Shown piece after piece: positions 41,789 to 51,506 of a DNA stretch of 64,000 nucleotides. Each line of letters starts with the position of its first letter. Positions within the stretch are counted from its first letter, which is position 1. The notes beneath the pieces were generated by a model. It searched no databases and was not told the DNA's origin. It saw only the letters and a list, made by a program, of their open reading frames with translations. Source of the DNA: Acidobacteriota bacterium (GTDB taxonomy: Bacteria; Acidobacteriota; Terriglobia; Terriglobales; Acidobacteriaceae); the NCBI GenBank assembly GCA_021804655.1, contig JAJZHE010000001.1:2903-66902 (forward strand), written 5' to 3'. Both the position numbers and the translations under genes were made by a program.

Positions 41789-44599
41789 TCACTCCGCTGC
41801 GATATTCACCAGCGTCTCTGCTCGTTTCATTGCGTTTGTACGCATCGTTTGCTCGCTTGCAGTATCCGGTTTTCGCCAACTGGAATGAGCAAACTGTTTT
41901 TCCATCGCGGCCATGCGCGTGTCAAAATCGTTGCTCATTTTGGCCACCGCCTCGCGGGCCTCAGCCAGACTCTGCTGGAACGCAGCCATCTCCGCCGCTG
42001 CCGTCTCTGGATGGTATCCAAGCCGGTCTCCGGTCTGCATGGCGTGGATCAGTGCATCCGGAGGCTGCGCAACAGGCCATGTTTGCTGCAACGCTTCATA
42101 CGAGCCTCGCAGCCGTGTCATTGCGCCGGCAAAGCCATCCAGTTTGTTGCGGTTGGCCATCTGTGCGGTACTGCGCGTCACTTCGATGACCACGCGATCA
42201 TGAACACTGTGATGAGCGATTGGGATCACTGTCGTCAGCGTATTTCCGTCGAAGCTCCAGCCGTCCTTGCCGAGTGCGTTGGCCTGTTTCACGGCAACAC
42301 CGTTCACGGTGACTGAAGCCGGCGGCCAATCCGACGGAAGGCGCAGCTCATAGCCGCGCTCGGTCATCATGCCCAAGAAACTGCCCTCGACAGGACCAAT
42401 TTCGACGCGCAGAGTGTTGCCGTTCTGTGCGGCCTTCACAGGCATCTTTGTCCAGGCGCCATATTGATATTCGACTGCTTTTCCGGAGTCTTCATAGACG
42501 CTGTAGTGCGAGCTTTCACCCGATGCCATCGGCCACACATTGACGATCAGTGGATCGACTGGCTTCTGTCCGGTGTAGAGCATCGGCGGCTCCATGGGAA
42601 CGATTGCACCGGCTTTCACGAAGACCGGCGACTGCTCGATCGAATAGCTTCTTTGGATGGTGATCGGTCCGGAAAAATGTTTCCCGGAAGGCCACTCCAC
42701 CCATTCGCCCTTGGGCAGCCAGATCGACTCGGTTGCAAGACCAGTCGTCGTGTCGCCCGCCTTGACCACAGGAGCCACCAGCATCTGGTTGCCAAACATA
42801 TATTCATTGCGGCTGGAATACGCCTCGTCCTCTTCCGGCCAGTCGTAGTAAAGCGGATGCACAAACGCTACTCCGGTATCGTATGTGCGGCGAGCCTCGG
42901 TGTAGATGTAGGGCTGCATGGCGTAGCGCATCTGGAAACTCTTGCGCAAAATGGACGAATACGGCTCAGGATAAGCCCAGATTCTGCGCTCGGACTCTGG
43001 ATTCTTGGTCGTGTGCGTGCGCAGAATCGGACTGAATTCGCCAAACTGTACCCAGCGCGTGTACAGCTCCGGATCGACTGCGCCCGGCATGTGTCCGCCG
43101 ATGTCGTGGCTCCAGTAGGCATAGCCCACGTTGGCCGCCGTGGCCGTGAACCAGGGCTGGAATGCCAGCGAGTCCCACACCGAGACCGTATCGCCGGAGA
43201 AGCCAATCTGGTAGCGATGATTTCCCAGTCCGCCCCAGCGATGAAAGAGCAGCGGGCGCTTGCCTTCGCGCTGCTGATCGGTGAAGTGGACGTAGTTCAG
43301 CCACCACGTCGGACTCACGCCAGGCAGGCTCGTCGTGGGTTCCTGTTGCCAGTCCAGCCACCAGAAATCGATTCCTTCTTTTTCCAGCGGATGGTGCAGG
43401 ATATTCATGTAATTCGTCGCGTATTTTTTATCCGCGATATTGAATGGAACGTACTTCTTTGTCGCCGGGTCGATGCCCATCGCGCGCGCCATCGCCGGAT
43501 ACTGCTGCTCCCATGGCTCCACGCCCGATGCCGGATGCAGATTCAGGCTTGTTTTCAATCCATCCGCATGCAGACGATCCAGAAAATCCTTCGGGTATGG
43601 AAACAGAACCTTGTTCCACGTGTAGCCAGACCAGCCCAGCGTATGTCCGGATTGATCCAGCTCGCCCATCGCCTTCAACTGCTGCTCGTTGATGTGCCAG
43701 TCCATGTCGATCACAAAGACGTCAAGCGGGGTATCGTTCTCGCGAAATCCATTGGCAATGCGCAGAATCTCCTGATCGCTATATGCCCAGTAGCGCGACC
43801 ACCATGTTCCAAAGGCAAAGCGCGGAGGCAGTGGAATCCGCCCAGCTACGCGCACAAAATCTCCCAGCGCGGCGCGGTAGTCGTGTCCGTAGCCGAAGAA
43901 ATACCAGTCCTGGCGAGCGCCTGCGGGACGCAGCATCACCCAGGGCCACTGGCTTTGTTCCCCTTTCAGAAATCGAAAATCCGACGAGTCAAACAACGGG
44001 CGCGTCGAGTCGTCGATCAGTGCCCATCCGGCTCGTGAAACCAGACCCTGTCCGATCGGCTCACGCGTCTTGTCACCTCGTGCGCCGTCCAGCGTGCGCG
44101 TCGTTCCCATCAGGTTTTCCGGATTTTTCATTCCTGGCTGCCACGTCACCGGGTTGCCAGCTACGTTGAGGCGAATGGACAAATTCTGCGCAGAAAATTC
44201 TCCATCGCCTGCTGTGTCCGGGTGATAGGTCAGCGTCAGAGCAGTGGTTGAGATGGTTACGCCTTGTCCGTCGCCAGTCTTTTGCGCATGAAACTGCGGC
44301 ACCGGCATGCGCCGATTCAAAAAGACAAACGATGCATGGTCCTCAAACTTTCCATCGGCGGCCCACTCCATGCGGATCAGTCTGGAAGTGAGTACGGTGA
44401 AGCGCGCCTTGCCCACAGTCACCACAGCTTGCGGGTTCGCCACGGGATCGGTAATTGTGGATTCGTTGGATGTTGCAGAGTGCGTCATTTCTCTTGCCGC
44501 AGTTGAATTCGGTTGAGGAGCAGGTCGACTCTGCGCTGGGCAGAACCCACCTCCAGTTGTGAGTGTCAGGACGGTGAGAGACAGCAAAAATTTCAGCAC
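41789..44599 (-). CDS. Glycoside hydrolase family 31, exported
   Basis: WWSRYW, IDMDW, WWLDWQQ nucleophile, FSGDT, WSHDIGG, FSPILRTH; GGAGG SD before GTG. Confidence 0.92.
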   Translation of the reverse strand: MLKFLLSLTVLTLTTGGGFCPAQSRPAPQPNSTAAREMTHSATSNESTITDPVANPQAVVTVGKARFTVLTSRLIRMEWAADGKFEDHASFVFLNRRMPVPQFHAQKTGDGQGVTISTTALTLTYHPDTAGDGEFSAQNLSIRLNVAGNPVTWQPGMKNPENLMGTTRTLDGARGDKTREPIGQGLVSRAGWALIDDSTRPLFDSSDFRFLKGEQSQWPWVMLRPAGARQDWYFFGYGHDYRAALGDFVRVAGRIPLPPRFAFGTWWSRYWAYSDQEILRIANGFRENDTPLDVFVIDMDWHINEQQLKAMGELDQSGHTLGWSGYTWNKVLFPYPKDFLDRLHADGLKTSLNLHPASGVEPWEQQYPAMARAMGIDPATKKYVPFNIADKKYATNYMNILHHPLEKEGIDFWWLDWQQEPTTSLPGVSPTWWLNYVHFTDQQREGKRPLLFHRWGGLGNHRYQIGFSGDTVSVWDSLAFQPWFTATAANVGYAYWSHDIGGHMPGAVDPELYTRWVQFGEFSPILRTHTTKNPESERRIWAYPEPYSSILRKSFQMRYAMQPYIYTEARRTYDTGVAFVHPLYYDWPEEDEAYSSRNEYMFGNQMLVAPVVKAGDTTTGLATESIWLPKGEWVEWPSGKHFSGPITIQRSYSIEQSPVFVKAGAIVPMEPPMLYTGQKPVDPLIVNVWPMASGESSHYSVYEDSGKAVEYQYGAWTKMPVKAAQNGNTLRVEIGPVEGSFLGMMTERGYELRLPSDWPPASVTVNGVAVKQANALGKDGWSFDGNTLTTVIPIAHHSVHDRVVIEVTRSTAQMANRNKLDGFAGAMTRLRGSYEALQQTWPVAQPPDALIHAMQTGDRLGYHPETAAAEMAAFQQSLAEAREAVAKMSNDFDTRMAAMEKQFAHSSWRKPDTASEQTMRTNAMKRAETLVNIAAE

Positions 44600-44637
44600 T
44601 TCTTCCTCCGTAGTTTTATCTACAGAGAAAAACAATA

Positions 44638-45228
44638 TCACTGTTGGTGCTGGACAGCCGCTCTGATCGCTTCAAATGTCAGGTCTGTTGCCGTTGCGCC
44701 TGTCTGTTCGCGCCACTGGTCAAAAAGCCTTCCATAACTCAGCGTCATGCGCTCGTCCTGCGGAACATCCAAGGACTCGGCGATGGTGTCAATCCACTCC
44801 GACTCGCCTTCCAGTTCGGCGTAGATGCCGATTGGCGTCTCGTCGATCACGCAATGCCCACGTCCGTCGAAATACTCCGTCCGCCATTTTTCGTAACGGA
44901 AAACCGGTTCCATGCCAACAGCCAGCAGGATCTGCGCAAATGCCGCTCCATCGCTGACCTCGGTTTCTGATTCGATACGATGTTTGTGCCGGTCCTCTTC
45001 CGAGATCGACGGCGGAATGCGCTTGTGCGTCACAATCGTTCGCCCCGCATACTCCCGAATGCGCACCAGCTCCCGACGCGCCCGCAGCGTGCGTTCCGCA
45101 GTGTCAAAGAGAACATTGCTTTCGAAACTCCGCGCTGTGACAACGTGAAATCCCCGCGCAGCCAGCCGCGCTTCCAGTTGCGCCAGATCATTCACTGCGA
45201 ATTTGATCTCTGTCTCGATGCCTATCAT
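44638..45228 (-). CDS. CYTH domain protein (class IV adenylate cyclase / triphosphatase-like)
   Basis: ETEIK (ExExK), RIRE, THK, YEKWR, ELEG, SY. Confidence 0.88.
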   Translation of the reverse strand: MIGIETEIKFAVNDLAQLEARLAARGFHVVTARSFESNVLFDTAERTLRARRELVRIREYAGRTIVTHKRIPPSISEEDRHKHRIESETEVSDGAAFAQILLAVGMEPVFRYEKWRTEYFDGRGHCVIDETPIGIYAELEGESEWIDTIAESLDVPQDERMTLSYGRLFDQWREQTGATATDLTFEAIRAAVQHQQ

Positions 45229-45278
45229 TGCAGCCGAGTATACGAGATCAGGCAGGGCATCGCGTAGATAATGTTTCT

Positions 45279-46370
45279 ATGGCAACGCTGCATCTCTGCA
45301 TCGAAACACCCGCCGCGCGCAAGGACTGGCATCCCTCTGCCGCCGATGCTTCCGCACTCGATCGCGCGGCTGCCATTTTGTGCAACGGCGGCACGGTCGC
45401 AATGCCCACGGAGACTGTTTACGGCCTGGCCGCAAATGCTCTCAATCCAGACGCTGTCGCGAAGATTTTTCTTGCCAAGCAGCGCCCCCACTGGGATCCG
45501 CTTATCGTGCATGTCAGCGATCAGGCGATGATGGAACCCATTGTCGCCTCCATTCCGCGCGCAGCGCAGCTTCTCATGGAAGCCTTCTGGCCAGGCCCGC
45601 TCACGCTGCTGCTGCCGCGTTCCGCGCAGATTCCCGATGCTGTCACGGCAGCGCGTCCGCTTGTTGGCATTCGCATGCCGCAGCACCCTGTTGCGCTGGA
45701 ACTCATTCGACGCACGGGTCTACCTCTGGCTGCGCCTAGCGCCAACCGTTTTGGTCACATCAGCCCCACGACGGCAGCGCATGTTCTGGCAGACCTCGAC
45801 GGCAGGATCGATGCGGTGCTTGACGCCGGGCCGACTGCCTGTGGGGTGGAGTCCACAGTGCTCGATCCCGGTCAGCATCCGGCAATTCTTTACCGTCACG
45901 GAGCCGTTTCTCAGGAACAGATTGAATCGGTTCTTGCGCCGAGCTTCGGCTCGGATTCTGTCCTGGAATGGAAGCCTTCGACGCTCACGGCACAGCCGCG
46001 CGAGGCTTTGCCGTCTCCGGGGGTTGGCCTGCGCCATTATGCACCGCGCGCTCGATTGATCCTCGTCGAAGCGCATACAGATGCGATCATTGCTGCTGTA
46101 GAAAATCTCAAAGACCGTATCCCGCGCATTGGTTTGCTGATCCCGCAAAACCTTCCCGGATATGCACAGTCGGCACTTCCATCGGGGACAATACGCTTTT
46201 CATGGGGCGACTGGCTTATTCCGGAAACCCTCGCTGAAACGCTCTACTCTGGTCTGCGCTCACTGGATTCGGCAGGCTGCGATGCGATTATTGCACCGAC
46301 GCCGCTGCCATCCGGAATTGGAGCCGCGCTTCTGGATCGCCTGTTGAAAGCTGCCGTTCCTGCCGACTGA
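45279..46370 (+). CDS. sua5: Sua5-type L-threonylcarbamoyladenylate synthase
   Basis: PTETVYGL, KQRP, FWPGPLT, AAPSAN, GVESTV, SPG...HYAP, C-terminal Sua5 domain. Confidence 0.93.
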   Translation: MATLHLCIETPAARKDWHPSAADASALDRAAAILCNGGTVAMPTETVYGLAANALNPDAVAKIFLAKQRPHWDPLIVHVSDQAMMEPIVASIPRAAQLLMEAFWPGPLTLLLPRSAQIPDAVTAARPLVGIRMPQHPVALELIRRTGLPLAAPSANRFGHISPTTAAHVLADLDGRIDAVLDAGPTACGVESTVLDPGQHPAILYRHGAVSQEQIESVLAPSFGSDSVLEWKPSTLTAQPREALPSPGVGLRHYAPRARLILVEAHTDAIIAAVENLKDRIPRIGLLIPQNLPGYAQSALPSGTIRFSWGDWLIPETLAETLYSGLRSLDSAGCDAIIAPTPLPSGIGAALLDRLLKAAVPAD

Positions 46371-46399
46371 GCCAGATGCCGCCTGAGCCGGTGACAGCA

Positions 46400-46810
46400 T
46401 CATCCATTGGCTCCAGTTTCACCATGTTTGTAGAGATACTTGATCGCAGACTTGTAGATGAGCGTTCTCTGCTTTCCGCGAATTTTGATCGAGTTTTTGT
46501 CGTACCACTCGATGACGCCATGCACCTGCCTGCCATCTTCCAGCACAACAACCATCGGCGTCTGGTGGTGAATCTGCTTCTTTAAATAGAACAGCTCGGC
46601 GTCGTGTTGCGCATACTCTTCGGTTCCTGCTGCATGCGCAGAGAAAGGAAGCGCGGCTCGAATTTGCGCTTTCAAACCGATACGGCGTTTCCCGCGATGG
46701 TCACGTTTCTCTTCCTCATGCGCAGCTTCAGGGGGCACATGAAGTTCAACCGCGTCACCTGGGATTGGACGCTCTGAAGCTGGATCAAGGTGTTCTTTTT
46801 CAGATTCCAT
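46400..46810 (-). CDS. Hfq-like (Sm-fold) RNA chaperone with N-terminal extension
   Basis: VVLEDG...GVIEWYDKNSI...LIYKSAI resembles Hfq Sm1/Sm2 (YKHAI). Confidence 0.72.
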   Translation of the reverse strand: MESEKEHLDPASERPIPGDAVELHVPPEAAHEEEKRDHRGKRRIGLKAQIRAALPFSAHAAGTEEYAQHDAELFYLKKQIHHQTPMVVVLEDGRQVHGVIEWYDKNSIKIRGKQRTLIYKSAIKYLYKHGETGANG

Positions 46811-46958
46811 CGCCGTCGTCCTCACGTTCTGCTGGATCGGTTCTTGACCCGAAAATCACGCAACAACACAGGATGCACACTCTGGTGCATCTGTGCGTTT
46901 GCCTGCCAGCATCCTTAACCTTTCGGATGCTCAAGACGCTCACTGGGTTGTCGTAGTT

Positions 46959-48059
46959 TTAATTCTTCGTCAATCCAGCCGCCATCGCATCCAGCGAAAG
47001 CGATCGCAGCAGATTGCGGCGCATACCTGCGTCTACAGCGTGCATCTCCCGAGTCGCGCGTTCCAGCCATTCCAGATCGATGCTCTGGGCCAGCGATTTC
47101 AACTCCGCCGTCGCGTCGCAGTTCCGCATCAGTTCCGTGGCTCCAGCATGCGCCAGCATCAGGTCTTCCACCAGTGAATGCAGGGCGCGCATCAGCCCTT
47201 GTGTCTTTGCCTGGCCTTCGCCACCCGCACGATAGCTTTCCGTCATGCGAAACAGCGCCGAATCATCCGGTTGCTGCAGTGCACATCGCAGTATCCCCAG
47301 CGCATCGTTTCGGCTACTCATCCACGCGGCCAGGTCAAATCCCAGCGCGCGTCCAACCGCACCTTCAGCCAGTCGGGAGACCAGCGTACGCTGGGCCGGT
47401 CTCAACTCCGGCCTGCGCTCGGCCAGCAAACGCTCCAGCATCTCGGTCGGCACCGCATGCAGGCGATGCAGCACGGCTCGCGAACGAATTGTCGGCAGCA
47501 ACTCCGACGGATTTTCACTCAGCAGAATCAGCGTGCAGTGCGCCGGTGGCTCTTCGAGCACTTTCAGCAGGCTGTTCGCGGCTTCTTTCATCAACGCTGA
47601 AGTGGTGAAAAGAAAAACTGACCGCCGCCCCTCACTGGGCGGGCGATAGTAGGCGTTGTGAATCACCTGCCGCACCTGTCCCACCTTGATAAGCATCTGC
47701 GGCGGGTCCGGTGGAATCACCATCACGTCCGGATGCGTCTGCACCAGAATGCGCGTCTCGCGCTTGTCCGTCTCGCGTAGATCCTCGCGCGCTTCCATGG
47801 CCTCAGCCACGCATGCATCCAGATCTTCCGCTGCGCCAATTCGTACGCAATTTTTGCATCGTCCGCAAAAATCCGGCAGACCATCGGTCTCCGTCGGTTC
47901 CAGGCAATTCAGCAGACGAGCAAACATCAACGCCAGCGTGTACTTGCCGGACCCTTTTGCACCGGCCAGAATCACAGCCTGCGGCACGCGATCCGTTGCA
48001 ACCGTTTCACGCAGTCGCTGCACTACCTGTTCGTTACCCAGAAAATCTCGAAAGCTCAC
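46959..48059 (-). CDS. holB: DNA polymerase III subunit delta'
   Basis: GAKGSGK, CGRCKNC, HPDV, AANSLLKVLEEPP, LLPTIRSR. Confidence 0.9.
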   Translation of the reverse strand: MSFRDFLGNEQVVQRLRETVATDRVPQAVILAGAKGSGKYTLALMFARLLNCLEPTETDGLPDFCGRCKNCVRIGAAEDLDACVAEAMEAREDLRETDKRETRILVQTHPDVMVIPPDPPQMLIKVGQVRQVIHNAYYRPPSEGRRSVFLFTTSALMKEAANSLLKVLEEPPAHCTLILLSENPSELLPTIRSRAVLHRLHAVPTEMLERLLAERRPELRPAQRTLVSRLAEGAVGRALGFDLAAWMSSRNDALGILRCALQQPDDSALFRMTESYRAGGEGQAKTQGLMRALHSLVEDLMLAHAGATELMRNCDATAELKSLAQSIDLEWLERATREMHAVDAGMRRNLLRSLSLDAMAAGLTKN

Positions 48060-48136
48060 AATCCGAGGCTATCAGATGCGCTCATCTCACTTCGATACCG
48101 AAAGCCGCCTGCTTCTCGCTGCGGTAAAATTCAGTT

Positions 48137-48475
48137 ATGCGGCGTCTGCTCCAGATCGGAACGCTTATTTTGTTGGCCACAACCATTCTGGTGCCGCTGT
48201 CGGAGTCTTTCGATCGCTGGGATGCTCCCGGCCTGAGCAACGACACCGAATTTCACCTCTTCGCCATCGTTCTTTTTCTTGCGCTCGTTCTGCTGCTGTG
48301 CCGCCATCTTGCCGCAGCTTCCGCATGGGTCATTGCTGTCTTCCAGCAATTCGTACTTCGGAATCTTCCGCTCAGAAAATTTTTCTGCAATGCGTTGCAG
48401 CCTGTCTTTGACGTGCCTCCTCTTGCATCTCCACATGCGACACACGCACTCTTGTTGTCCCAGCTTCGTATCTGA
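48137..48475 (+). CDS. Small 2-TM protein upstream of TBDR; candidate regulatory leader/arrest peptide
   Basis: TAAAAT-N6-ATG; two hydrophobic helices flanking ESFDRWD...NDTEF; Pro-rich tail ending LRI-stop. Confidence 0.75.
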   Translation: MRRLLQIGTLILLATTILVPLSESFDRWDAPGLSNDTEFHLFAIVLFLALVLLLCRHLAAASAWVIAVFQQFVLRNLPLRKFFCNALQPVFDVPPLASPHATHALLLSQLRI

Positions 48476-48588
48476 TTCCTCAGCGATTGCACGCGCCGTT
48501 TGGCGTGTCTGCGTCCTTGCGCGCCATTTGATTTTTTCAGCGCGTAAAAGGATGCCTGATTTTTCCGCATCGCGTCCTTCGAGGAGTC
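48474..48588 (+). promoter_or_regulatory. SD-sequestering multibranch RNA structure
   Basis: gattcctc (48474-81) pairs with gaggagtc (48581-88); gcgattgc pairs with gcatcgc; two internal hairpins. Confidence 0.7.
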
Positions 48589-48592
48589 TTTC

Positions 48593-51472
48593 GTGTCTCA
48601 TCCACTTCGTTTCACAGTCTTTTGCGTCGTAATTCTTTTGTTCGGTTTTGCAGCGCATGCTCAAACCACCGGCTCCATCGTCGGGCAGGTTCTTGCACCC
48701 GATCACTCGCCGATTGTCTCTGCTCATCTGACTTTAGTCACGCCGAATGGCCACACAGTCACGGCGGTTTCCTCGTCGATGGATGGCAGCTTTTCCTTTC
48801 AGAATTTAGCCAGCGGTTCGTACACTTTGCACACAGCAGCGGAGACTTTCCGCATTGCGGAAACTACGGGCATTGAAGTGGCCGTTGGACGTACAACCTC
48901 GCTCACCGTTTCTCTTCAGCTTGCCTCGGCTGCCGCCACCGTTCAGGTCTCCGCTGTCACGTCAGCGCTAGATCCCACGCAAACTTCGTCGGTGGTCAAC
49001 ATCGACCGTGATCGCGTCGAGGAACTTCCCATCCCGAGCCGCGATTACCTCACCTTTACGCTGCTTTCTCCGTTTGTCGCTGCCTCCAATCCAGCTCAAT
49101 CTGCGCAGACGCCGGGGGCAAGCTCCGGTGGATTCAGCTTTGGTGGCCTGCGTCCAACCAGCAACGCCATTCTGCTGGACGGCGTCAATGACGATGATGA
49201 ATTCATGGGCGGCAGCCGCACCGAGCTTTCGCCGGAAGCCATCAGTGACTTCCAGATCGTCAATCATGGCTTTCAGGCGCAATCCGGCGGAGCTGCCGGT
49301 GGCTCCATCGATGTCGCCACGCGCTCCGGCGTGAATCAACTGCACGGCGATGCCTTCACCTTTGTCCAGAATGGAGCGCTGAACGGCACACAGCCGCTTG
49401 GCATTTATCCGCGCAAGCCGGACGAAAATCGCGAGCGAGCCGGACTTTCGCTCGGCGGTCCCATCCAGCGTGACCGCACCTTCTATTACCTTGCTGCCGA
49501 GCAAGAGATTGCGCAGGGTGAGGATGTGACCGATCTCAGTCCCGACACGGTCAGCGCGATCAATGCTGCTGCACCGCGTTTTGGCGCTCTTGGCTCGCTC
49601 CAGCTTCACTCAGGTTTTTTCCCCACTACCGATCAACAGACGGAACTTTCTGCGCGACTTGACCGAACACTGACCAGTCGTGAAGCGTTGATGATGCGAT
49701 ACGCCTTCACGAATACGCGCAGCGTGGCGGATGCCTTCAACACGGATGACCTGACCGATCTCTCCGCGCGCGGGTCCACCTTTGTTGCCGACAACAGCAT
49801 CAACTCCACGTTGACCTCGACGCTGAGCGCCAACGGCCTGAACCAGTTGAACTTTGAACTAGCCCAGCGGCGTTTTGATGCTCGCACCGCCGACGCCACC
49901 ACTCCTGGGGTGTTCATCCCTGGCGTTGCGCTCTTCGGTACTCCTTACTTTGGCAACGATCGCCACTTTGAAACCCACGTTGAATTCTCCGACAGCTTTT
50001 CCCTGCAACATCGCAACCATCTCTTCCAGTTTGGCGCGCGCGCTGACCGCGTTGCGCTACGGGCATCCACGCCGGATGCGGCGCGCAGCTTCTTCGTCTT
50101 TCCAGACATTCCATCGTTCGCCGCGGGGAACGCCAGTTTTTTTGTGCAGAGCTTCGGTCAGCCAGACACCAACTTTGCCGAGGTGCGTTCCTCGGCCTGG
50201 GCGCAGGATCACTGGTCCGCGACGCATACGCTCACACTCGACTATGGCCTGCGCTGGGACGACAACCACCTGCCATCGCCGCTGCACCAGTCGCCGTGGA
50301 ACTTCAGTCCGCGCGCAGGTCTCGCCTGGTCGCCTTCCAGTCGGCTTCTGAAGCGGACCGTTGTGCGCTCCGGCTTCGGCCTGTTCTATGACAGATTTTT
50401 ACTCTCCACTCTCAACCGTCCGCTGGAGTGGAATGGCGTAACCGGTTTGACGCAGATTGCGGAAGGGGCATCGGCTGCTGCCATCTTTCGTCGGGGGATA
50501 CAAGCCTCACAGCCCTACGCCTCGCTTGCGCCGTCCGTCTTCACCGCGCAGCCTGCTCTGCGAAATCCTTACAGCGAAGTCGCCTCGCTCGAATTGGAAC
50601 GCGAACTGCCGCTGCAAACCACCGTGACTGCGACCTACCAGTTTGTCCACGGCGTACATCTCGGTCGCACGGTCAACGTCAACCTGCCGCCGCCCGCCAC
50701 GCTCACCAGCGGGAACGCAACCTCGCTCGGTCTCGCAGCGCCCGCGGCACAGCAGCTTGGCCAGCCCGTCTTCGGTCCTGCGCGCATCGATCCGGCCTTT
50801 GATGCAGTGAATCAGTTCTCCACCGAAGCCAACTCCAACTTCAACGGCGCTACGCTATCCGTCAATCGCCAGTTCCAGGACAATCTTGAAATCCTCGCCG
50901 GCTACACCTGGTCCAAAACCATTGACGATGCCTCTTACGATGCCGAACAGCCGATGAACCCGTACAACCTCTCAGCCGAGCGCGCTCTCTCGCTTCAGGA
51001 TCAGCGGAATCGTCTGACGCTGAGCGGTCTCTGGCTGGTCGGCCCTGACCTCGATGATCCTGCCGATGCTGTTGCCGCAGCCCATCCCAGCCCATTCATG
51101 CGCTTTGCCACAGGCTTCGAGTTCACGCCGATTCTCAGCGTCACCAGCGGCTTTCGCTCCAACCCGCTCACCGGTCTGGATACAACGCAGGCGCATATCT
51201 TTCCCTTTGCCGCGCGCCCCATCGGTTTTTCTCGCAATGGCCTGGTGACGCCTGCACAACTCGACTTCGATCTGCGCATCCTGCGCATGATTTCCATCGG
51301 AAGAGGTCATCTGGATGTCGTTGCGGAGAGCTTCAACCTGCTGAACCACACGAATATCTCGCTGCTGCAGGATGCCTTCGGCACAGCCGCCACGCCGATG
51401 CAGAACTTTGCCGCGCCGGTGAATACATCCACTGCTCGTCGCCTTCAGTTTTCACTCGATTACGAATTCTGA
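48593..51472 (+). CDS. TonB-dependent receptor (Oar-like)
   Basis: GAGGAG SD + GTG; ELPIPSR, TRSGVNQLHG, QDHW, FSPRAGLAW, ESFNLLNH, C-terminal YEF. Confidence 0.92.
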   Translation: MSHPLRFTVFCVVILLFGFAAHAQTTGSIVGQVLAPDHSPIVSAHLTLVTPNGHTVTAVSSSMDGSFSFQNLASGSYTLHTAAETFRIAETTGIEVAVGRTTSLTVSLQLASAAATVQVSAVTSALDPTQTSSVVNIDRDRVEELPIPSRDYLTFTLLSPFVAASNPAQSAQTPGASSGGFSFGGLRPTSNAILLDGVNDDDEFMGGSRTELSPEAISDFQIVNHGFQAQSGGAAGGSIDVATRSGVNQLHGDAFTFVQNGALNGTQPLGIYPRKPDENRERAGLSLGGPIQRDRTFYYLAAEQEIAQGEDVTDLSPDTVSAINAAAPRFGALGSLQLHSGFFPTTDQQTELSARLDRTLTSREALMMRYAFTNTRSVADAFNTDDLTDLSARGSTFVADNSINSTLTSTLSANGLNQLNFELAQRRFDARTADATTPGVFIPGVALFGTPYFGNDRHFETHVEFSDSFSLQHRNHLFQFGARADRVALRASTPDAARSFFVFPDIPSFAAGNASFFVQSFGQPDTNFAEVRSSAWAQDHWSATHTLTLDYGLRWDDNHLPSPLHQSPWNFSPRAGLAWSPSSRLLKRTVVRSGFGLFYDRFLLSTLNRPLEWNGVTGLTQIAEGASAAAIFRRGIQASQPYASLAPSVFTAQPALRNPYSEVASLELERELPLQTTVTATYQFVHGVHLGRTVNVNLPPPATLTSGNATSLGLAAPAAQQLGQPVFGPARIDPAFDAVNQFSTEANSNFNGATLSVNRQFQDNLEILAGYTWSKTIDDASYDAEQPMNPYNLSAERALSLQDQRNRLTLSGLWLVGPDLDDPADAVAAAHPSPFMRFATGFEFTPILSVTSGFRSNPLTGLDTTQAHIFPFAARPIGFSRNGLVTPAQLDFDLRILRMISIGRGHLDVVAESFNLLNHTNISLLQDAFGTAATPMQNFAAPVNTSTARRLQFSLDYEF

Positions 51473-51506
51473 TTCGCACGTTTCGCGAGCAGAAAGATAA
51501 GTTCGG

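Noticed and set aside
44638-46810. CYTH + Sua5 + Hfq-like cluster as a nucleotide-signalling defence system
   Set aside because: Genes are divergent or convergent with separate promoters and belong to housekeeping families; no effector domain is present
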